Source: an uncultured Eggerthellaceae bacterium
GTDB lineage: Bacteria > Actinomycetota > Coriobacteriia > Coriobacteriales > Eggerthellaceae
Assembly (NCBI GenBank): GCA_946625225.1
Contig: CAMOTA010000003.1
Coordinates: 205-64,204 of the forward strand
Reading direction: 5' to 3'
DNA: 64,000 nt
Shown here: positions 58,910 to 64,000 of the stretch, piece after piece
Layout: each line of letters begins with the position of its first letter
How positions within the stretch are numbered: the first letter of the stretch is position 1
The notes under the pieces: generated by a model
Databases searched by the model: none
What the model was told of the DNA's origin: nothing
The model's input: only the letters and a program-made list of their open reading frames with translations
Translations under genes and position numbers: made by a program

Positions 58910-60313
58910 CTACATGACCGAGAAGGCATAGCGCAGCTTGGGATGGCGCAAGACGAGATGGGCCGCAGGCTTGCGCAGCAGCGATATCACGGCGCAGTCG
59001 GCCGGATAGAACATGACGCGCAGGTTCTCGTATGCGCCCGGCCGCACCTCGCGGCCATCGCCCTGGGCGCGAAGCCGCTCGGCTTGCTCGAAGCGCTCAA
59101 AATCGCCGGGCACGTCTTCCAGGTATATCTCGAGAAGCGACGAGGCCTTTTCCAAGATGAATTCCATCTTGCGCTGGTAGTATGCCAGGTCGTCCGGCAG
59201 AAGCGACAAATAGTAGCGGCCTTCGGACTGATGGCCCATCACGGCCTCGCAAGAAAGGGCGCAGGTATCGCAGATGTAATTGGCATGGCAGAACAGGCGG
59301 TTCACCATGCCGCGCAGATAATAGGGTGTAACGCGGCCGCTTAGATAGACCGGAATCCAGCGCCGCAGGGCCTGGACCGTCTCTTCGAGCGGGCGGTCGA
59401 TGCTATGCACGATGTTCACGTGCCCGCCGCGTCGGATAACCTGGCCGACTCCGCGCATGAAACGCCTGTAGAACCCCTGTTCAAGCTCCATTTCCAGCAG
59501 GGGCATATCGCTGGACATGAACACGTCCTTCGACCGCGCATACGCCGCTATGTCCAGGAATTCCAATTCCACCCGCTGCATTTCCTCGGCTCCGTAATGG
59601 AAGCCGGCGCGCGGGCTAAGGTCGACGAGCGGCATGTCCAGGGGGCAAGCCAGCTCTTCGACGATGGCCGCAAAATCGCACGTGTTCAGCCAATCCAGCA
59701 GCGATTCGACCATATCGATATCGGTTTCGACGATATCGCTTCCCATCAGCCAAAATGCAATATCGTCGGCAAGGGACGCCTGCAGGTCCAAGCCCGACCC
59801 CGCATCGAAGGCCGCTTCATCCAACTCGCCGATGAACGTGGGCAGGATCGCCACCTTGTCGTTGAGTATGGACCAATACGAAGCCACCCGCGCACAGAGG
59901 ATGGCAATGCTGTCGCGGTCGGCGGGAACGCGCTGGCCGCTCCGAATGCGCGACAGGTACGATGGGTCCACCTTGGCCAATCGCGCCATGTACACGTTGC
60001 TGATGCCCAGCTTGTTCATAAGCAAGTTCAGCCGGTCGCCGAAGCTCATTCCGACGAGCTGGGGGCCCTTCTGCGCCGTTTCCAACGCAGTTTCAACATC
60101 GTCGATTGAAAGCAGGGGAACTTCGGGCAAGCCTTGCGAAAGCGACACTATGCCACGCGCCAACTGGCGCACCGTTTCGGTGCTCTTCGGAATGCGGCTT
60201 CCATTGCGATAGCGGCTGAGAGCAGACGCAGAAATGCCACACTGCTCCGCCAACGCTGCATTCGTGCAGTTCAGGGACGTGCAATATGAATTAAGGACAT
60301 CCGCGAACGACAT
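58910..60313 (-). CDS. Transcriptional regulator with two XRE-type HTH domains and an uncharacterised C-terminal domain
   Basis: 467 aa. 'NAALAEQCGISASALSRYRNGSRIP' and 'NVYMARLAKVDPSYLSRIRSGQRVP' are HTH_XRE-like. Confidence 0.75.
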   Translation of the reverse strand: MSFADVLNSYCTSLNCTNAALAEQCGISASALSRYRNGSRIPKSTETVRQLARGIVSLSQGLPEVPLLSIDDVETALETAQKGPQLVGMSFGDRLNLLMNKLGISNVYMARLAKVDPSYLSRIRSGQRVPADRDSIAILCARVASYWSILNDKVAILPTFIGELDEAAFDAGSGLDLQASLADDIAFWLMGSDIVETDIDMVESLLDWLNTCDFAAIVEELACPLDMPLVDLSPRAGFHYGAEEMQRVELEFLDIAAYARSKDVFMSSDMPLLEMELEQGFYRRFMRGVGQVIRRGGHVNIVHSIDRPLEETVQALRRWIPVYLSGRVTPYYLRGMVNRLFCHANYICDTCALSCEAVMGHQSEGRYYLSLLPDDLAYYQRKMEFILEKASSLLEIYLEDVPGDFERFEQAERLRAQGDGREVRPGAYENLRVMFYPADCAVISLLRKPAAHLVLRHPKLRYAFSVM

Positions 60314-60512
60314 AGCGCACCCACAATCTTCGAATATGGCGATTATAACGGGGCATCAGGCGCATTCGCGAAACCGTAAGCAGGAATACATATTCGAGCG
60401 TGGAGCGCCCGAGCCCAGCGAGCGCCCAAACGCAAACCGCGCATTCGGGGAGGGCACACTTACGGGCCTCGCGCAACGGCAAAGAGCCGCCGTGCGTTGG
60501 CACGCGACCCGC

Positions 60513-62663
60513 CTACGATCGGCGGCTGCTGCCGTAGGCGGAATGCTTGCGGTTGCCGTAGGCGCTTCCCTTGCGCGCCTGCTTCTTCATGCTGGCCAGC
60601 ACGTCTTCCTCGGCTTCGCCCTCCACGCTGGCGCGCAGCTTCACCACCTGGTCGCGCAGGTGGGCGGCCTGCTCGAAGTCCATGTTGCGCGAGGCCAGGG
60701 CCATCTCATCTTCCATGCTGGAAATGATGCGCAGCACCTCTTCGCGCGAAAGCGCGGCCAGCTCTTTGTTCACGTCTGCGGCCGTCAGGCCTTCCACGTC
60801 TTCGGTTACGAAGCAAAGCACGTCGTTTATGGCCTTGCGGATGGTCTGGGGCTCTATGCCGTGTTCCTCGTTGTAGGCCATCTGGATGGCGCGGCGCCTG
60901 CGCGTTTCGTCGATTGCGGTGCGCATGGAATCGGTCAGCTTGTCGGCATACATGATTACCTGGCCCGACACGTTGCGCGCCGCGCGGCCGATGGTCTGGA
61001 TGAGCGAACGGTGGTTGCGCAGGAAACCTTCCTTGTCGGCGTCTAGGATGGCCACGAGCGATACTTCGGGAAGGTCGAGGCCCTCGCGCAAAAGGTTAAT
61101 GCCCACGAGCACGTCGAACTTGCCCAGGCGCAGGTCGCGCAGGATTTCCACGCGCTCGAGCGTGCCGATGTCGGAATGCATGTAATTGGCCTTCACGCCT
61201 TGGTCCAGCAAATGGTCGGTCAGGTCTTCGGCCATCTTCTTGGTAAGCGTGGTAATGAGCGTGCGCTCGCCCTTCTCGGCGCGAACCTGCACTTCGTCGA
61301 TGACGTCGTCGATCTGCGACACGATGGGGCGCACGATTATCTCGGGGTCGAGCAGGCCCGTGGGACGAATGATCTGCTCCACGCGCGCCTGCTGCACGTT
61401 TTCCTCGTAGTCGCCGGGCGTGGCGGACACGTAGATGAACTGCGGAACGCGGCTTTCGAATTCGTCGAAGCGCAGCGGGCGGTTGTCCAGGCAGCTCGGC
61501 AACCGGAAGCCATGTTCGGCAAGCGTTATCTTGCGGCTGCGGTCGCCTTCGTGCATGCCGCGAATCTGCGGCACCGTAACGTGCGACTCGTCGATAATGC
61601 ACAGGAAGTCCTTGGGGAAGTAGTCGATAAGCGTATAGGGCGGCTCGCCCGGCTGGCGGCCGTCCAGATGGCGGCTGTAGTTTTCGATGCCGCTGCAAAA
61701 GCCCATGGTCTCCAGCATTTCCAGGTCGTAGTTCGTGCGCATTTCCAAGCGCTCGGCTTCGAGCAGCTTGCCCTCGCGCTTGAACTGCTGCAAACGCTCG
61801 CGCAGCTCTTCGCCGATGGTGCGCAGGGCTTTCTCCATCTTCGGGCGCGCCGTTACGTAATGCGATGCCGGCCAGATGGGCAGCGCCTCGTAGCTGCCCA
61901 ACACTTCGCCCGACACGTTGTCGATTTCGGTGATGGCCTCTATCTCGTCGCCCCAGAACTCCACGCGGACGGGGTTGTCGGCATAGGGAGGAAACACGTC
62001 CAGCGCATCGCCGCGCACGCGGAACGTGCCGCGCGCCAGCTCGTAGTCGTTGCGGTCGTATTGGATGTCGATAAGGTCATGGATGACGTCGTCGCGGTCG
62101 GCGGGTACCTGCTTGTCCAAGAACACGGCCATGCCCGCATAGTCCATGGGGCTGCCGATGCCGTATATGCAGCTGACCGACGCCACCACGATAACGTCGC
62201 GGCGCGACAGCAGCGCGCTCGTGGCGGCATGGCGCAGCTTCTCCACTTCCTCGTTTATGCTGGCGTCTTTCTCGATGAAGGTGTCCGACGACGGCACGTA
62301 GGCTTCGGGCTGGTAGTAGTCGTAGTAGCTGACGAAGTACACCACGGCATTATCGGGAAAGAATTCTTTCAACTCGGCCGCCAGCTGCGCGGCAAGCGTC
62401 TTGTTCGGCGCCATGACCAGCGTGGGCTTCTGCACGGCCTCGATGGTCTTGGCCATGGTGAAAGTCTTGCCGCTGCCCGTTACGCCGAGCAGCGTCTGAT
62501 AGCGCAGGCCGTCTTTCACGCCCTTTGCCAGCGCCTCGACCGCTTGGGGCTGATCGCCTGCCATGTCGTAGGGCGCCACCACGCGCAGCGGCGTGTTGGC
62601 AAGCCGCACTTCGGGAAGCTTCCCCTCCATTTCCATTCCGTCTATGTTCGACAAATGAGCCAT
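60513..62663 (-). CDS. uvrB: Excinuclease ABC subunit B
   Basis: 716 aa. '[14 protein letters not shown]' is Walker A. DEAH-like 'IDESH', the helicase C motifs and the C-terminal UVR domain '[11 protein letters not shown]' are present. Confidence 0.95.
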   Translation of the reverse strand: MAHLSNIDGMEMEGKLPEVRLANTPLRVVAPYDMAGDQPQAVEALAKGVKDGLRYQTLLGVTGSGKTFTMAKTIEAVQKPTLVMAPNKTLAAQLAAELKEFFPDNAVVYFVSYYDYYQPEAYVPSSDTFIEKDASINEEVEKLRHAATSALLSRRDVIVVASVSCIYGIGSPMDYAGMAVFLDKQVPADRDDVIHDLIDIQYDRNDYELARGTFRVRGDALDVFPPYADNPVRVEFWGDEIEAITEIDNVSGEVLGSYEALPIWPASHYVTARPKMEKALRTIGEELRERLQQFKREGKLLEAERLEMRTNYDLEMLETMGFCSGIENYSRHLDGRQPGEPPYTLIDYFPKDFLCIIDESHVTVPQIRGMHEGDRSRKITLAEHGFRLPSCLDNRPLRFDEFESRVPQFIYVSATPGDYEENVQQARVEQIIRPTGLLDPEIIVRPIVSQIDDVIDEVQVRAEKGERTLITTLTKKMAEDLTDHLLDQGVKANYMHSDIGTLERVEILRDLRLGKFDVLVGINLLREGLDLPEVSLVAILDADKEGFLRNHRSLIQTIGRAARNVSGQVIMYADKLTDSMRTAIDETRRRRAIQMAYNEEHGIEPQTIRKAINDVLCFVTEDVEGLTAADVNKELAALSREEVLRIISSMEDEMALASRNMDFEQAAHLRDQVVKLRASVEGEAEEDVLASMKKQARKGSAYGNRKHSAYGSSRRS

Positions 62664-62697
62664 GCGCTCCCCCGTTGCTCCCGCGCTGCAAGCGAAG

Positions 62698-64000
62698 CTA
62701 CCATTTCTTCGTGATGGTAACGATGTTCGATCCGTCCAGCCGCTCGTATTCCATGTTGTCTACGCTGTTCTTGGCCATAAGGATGCCCAGGCCTCCGATG
62801 GGCACCTCCATTATGTCGTCGGGCGTGACGGCGTCGGGCTTTTCCAGCGGGTTGTACGGAATGCCCGTGTCGGCGATCTCGACCACGATGGACGGCGGAT
62901 CGGCGCTGTAGGTATAGGATATGCGCGCCCTGCCCGGGTTGCTGGGCGTCGCGCCGGGATAGGCATAGCGCGCCACGTTCACGAACAGCTCTTCGATGGC
63001 AATGTCCAATTGCTTCTGAGTGCGCACCGGGCACAGGCGCCGGTCCAGCTCGGCATGGACGAATTCCAGAACGTTCGGCAGGTTTTCCACATCCGCCACC
63101 ACGCTGAAGGTGGCGGTGTGCTCGGGCGGCACGCCGAATTCCAACGCCAGCATGGTAATGTCGTCGGATTGCTCTGCGCCGCGGGCATAGCAAGCCAGCT
63201 CCGCCCGAAGCTTCTGCACCAGATTGCGCGGATGCAGGTAGTGGTTTTCCGACGCAAAGCGCATCAGGCGATCTTCGCCGTACAGCGCACCCGAAACGTC
63301 CATGGCTTCTGTAACGCCGTCGGTGTACAGCAGAAGCTGGTCGCCTATCTGCAGGTCCGTTTCGAACGTGTCGTAGGGCAGCCCGTCGAACAGCCCGAGT
63401 GGGAGGCCCGAAACATCCCGCAACCAGCGCCAATCGCCGTCTTGCCACAACAGGGGCGGATTGTGCCCGGCGTTCACGTAGTCCACGTGGCCCGTTCCAT
63501 AGTCCAACACGCCCGCGAACAGCGTGACGAACATGCCGGCATTATTGCCGTCGCACAGCTGGCGATTTGCGTTTTCCACGGCCTCGCCGGGCGACATGCC
63601 CGACAACAGATAGTTGCGCACCTGCGTCTTGGCGGCCATCATGAACAACGCCGCCGGAACGCCCTTGCCCGACACGTCGGCGATAACGAAGCCCAACTTG
63701 CCTTCGCGCGCATCCGAATCGTCACCGACCAGGAAGAAGTCGTAGAAATCGCCGCCCACTTCCCTGGCCGCCTTCATACTCGCGTAGATATCGAAGCGCA
63801 ACACGTCGGGGAACGGCGGGAATATGCCGGGAAGCGCACTTTCCTGGATGGCCTTCGCGGTGGCAAGTTCCTGGTCCATGCGGGTCTCGGCCTCGGCGAT
63901 CCAGTTCTTCAGCGCGCCGACCGTCGAATTGATGCCCGCCGAAAGCGACTGGAACTCGCGGCTATCGCGAATGTCCACGCGAGCGTCCAAGTTGCCCGCG
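62698..64000 (-). CDS. PP2C (SpoIIE/RsbU-type) phosphatase fused to a C-terminal HATPase (RsbW/SpoIIAB-like) domain; 5' end lies beyond the window
   Basis: The reading frame stays open to position 64000. There is a HAMP-like remnant '[18 protein letters not shown]'. PP2C motifs are 'EVGGDFYDF', '[13 protein letters not shown]' and '[11 protein letters not shown]'. The C-terminus '[12 protein letters not shown]...[10 protein letters not shown]...[13 protein letters not shown]' is an anti-sigma-kinase-type ATPase fold. Confidence 0.75.
   Translation of the reverse strand, partial: AGNLDARVDIRDSREFQSLSAGINSTVGALKNWIAEAETRMDQELATAKAIQESALPGIFPPFPDVLRFDIYASMKAAREVGGDFYDFFLVGDDSDAREGKLGFVIADVSGKGVPAALFMMAAKTQVRNYLLSGMSPGEAVENANRQLCDGNNAGMFVTLFAGVLDYGTGHVDYVNAGHNPPLLWQDGDWRWLRDVSGLPLGLFDGLPYDTFETDLQIGDQLLLYTDGVTEAMDVSGALYGEDRLMRFASENHYLHPRNLVQKLRAELACYARGAEQSDDITMLALEFGVPPEHTATFSVVADVENLPNVLEFVHAELDRRLCPVRTQKQLDIAIEELFVNVARYAYPGATPSNPGRARISYTYSADPPSIVVEIADTGIPYNPLEKPDAVTPDDIMEVPIGGLGILMAKNSVDNMEYERLDGSNIVTITKKW

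Noticed and set aside
62664-62697. SOS/LexA box upstream of uvrB
   Set aside because: The 34-nt spacer contains only an RBS-like GGGGGAG. The TCGAAC found nearby is inside the coding sequence and lacks a palindromic partner.
1-64000. tRNA, rRNA, riboswitch, prophage or integron signatures
   Set aside because: No T-arm/GTTCGAATC-like tRNA signature or rRNA-like stretch was seen in any intergenic region. No phage structural genes, integrase or attC-like sites were recognised. This was a by-eye scan only, so tRNAscan and Infernal should confirm it.

Overview
This is a high-GC bacterial chromosomal window. The gene content (coaE-uvrB, pheST, a MacAB-type exporter with no outer-membrane partner, SpaA/Cna-B-type adhesin domains) fits a monoderm Actinomycetota, possibly a Coriobacteriia-like organism; that placement is inference only. 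The layout is as follows. (1) 57-6375: a GGDEF/EAL signalling protein and a three-gene MacA/MacB-like ABC exporter. (2) 6.4-21.6 kb: a repeat-dense accessory region. It holds an IS110-family transposase, an Rpn/PD-(D/E)XK nuclease, and two small type IV pilin paralogues in inverted orientation that share a near-identical 158-bp 5' segment. It also holds a vWA protein, an HTH plus truncated-toxin-like pair, a CobW GTPase, a macro-HTH fusion and two orphan ATPase genes. (3) 21.7-47.5 kb, all on the minus strand: a type IV pilus-like operon. It starts with an uninterrupted 17-kb ORF (5,686 aa) encoding a multi-module adhesin with a pilin-like N-terminal helix. Four further genes with prepilin-type N-termini follow (303, 114, 198 and 857 aa), then pilB (with a tandem MshEN c-di-GMP-binding motif), pilT and pilC. 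No prepilin peptidase or pilMNO is present in the window. (4) 47.9-64 kb: a secreted Big_2 protein, then housekeeping genes (map, an HD-GYP protein, pheT, pheS, coaE, an XRE-type regulator, uvrB, and a PP2C/anti-sigma-kinase fusion truncated by the window edge). Intergenic DNA carries at least three repeat families: a 30-bp REP-like element often found as inverted pairs, a 33-bp perfect hairpin, and a 140-190-bp long-armed hairpin element, one copy of which lies between pheS and pheT. Most other ORFs in the six-frame track are antisense or out-of-frame high-GC artefacts. The most interesting candidate system is the pilus locus with its giant 'modular pilin' adhesins, together with the possibly invertible pilin pair.
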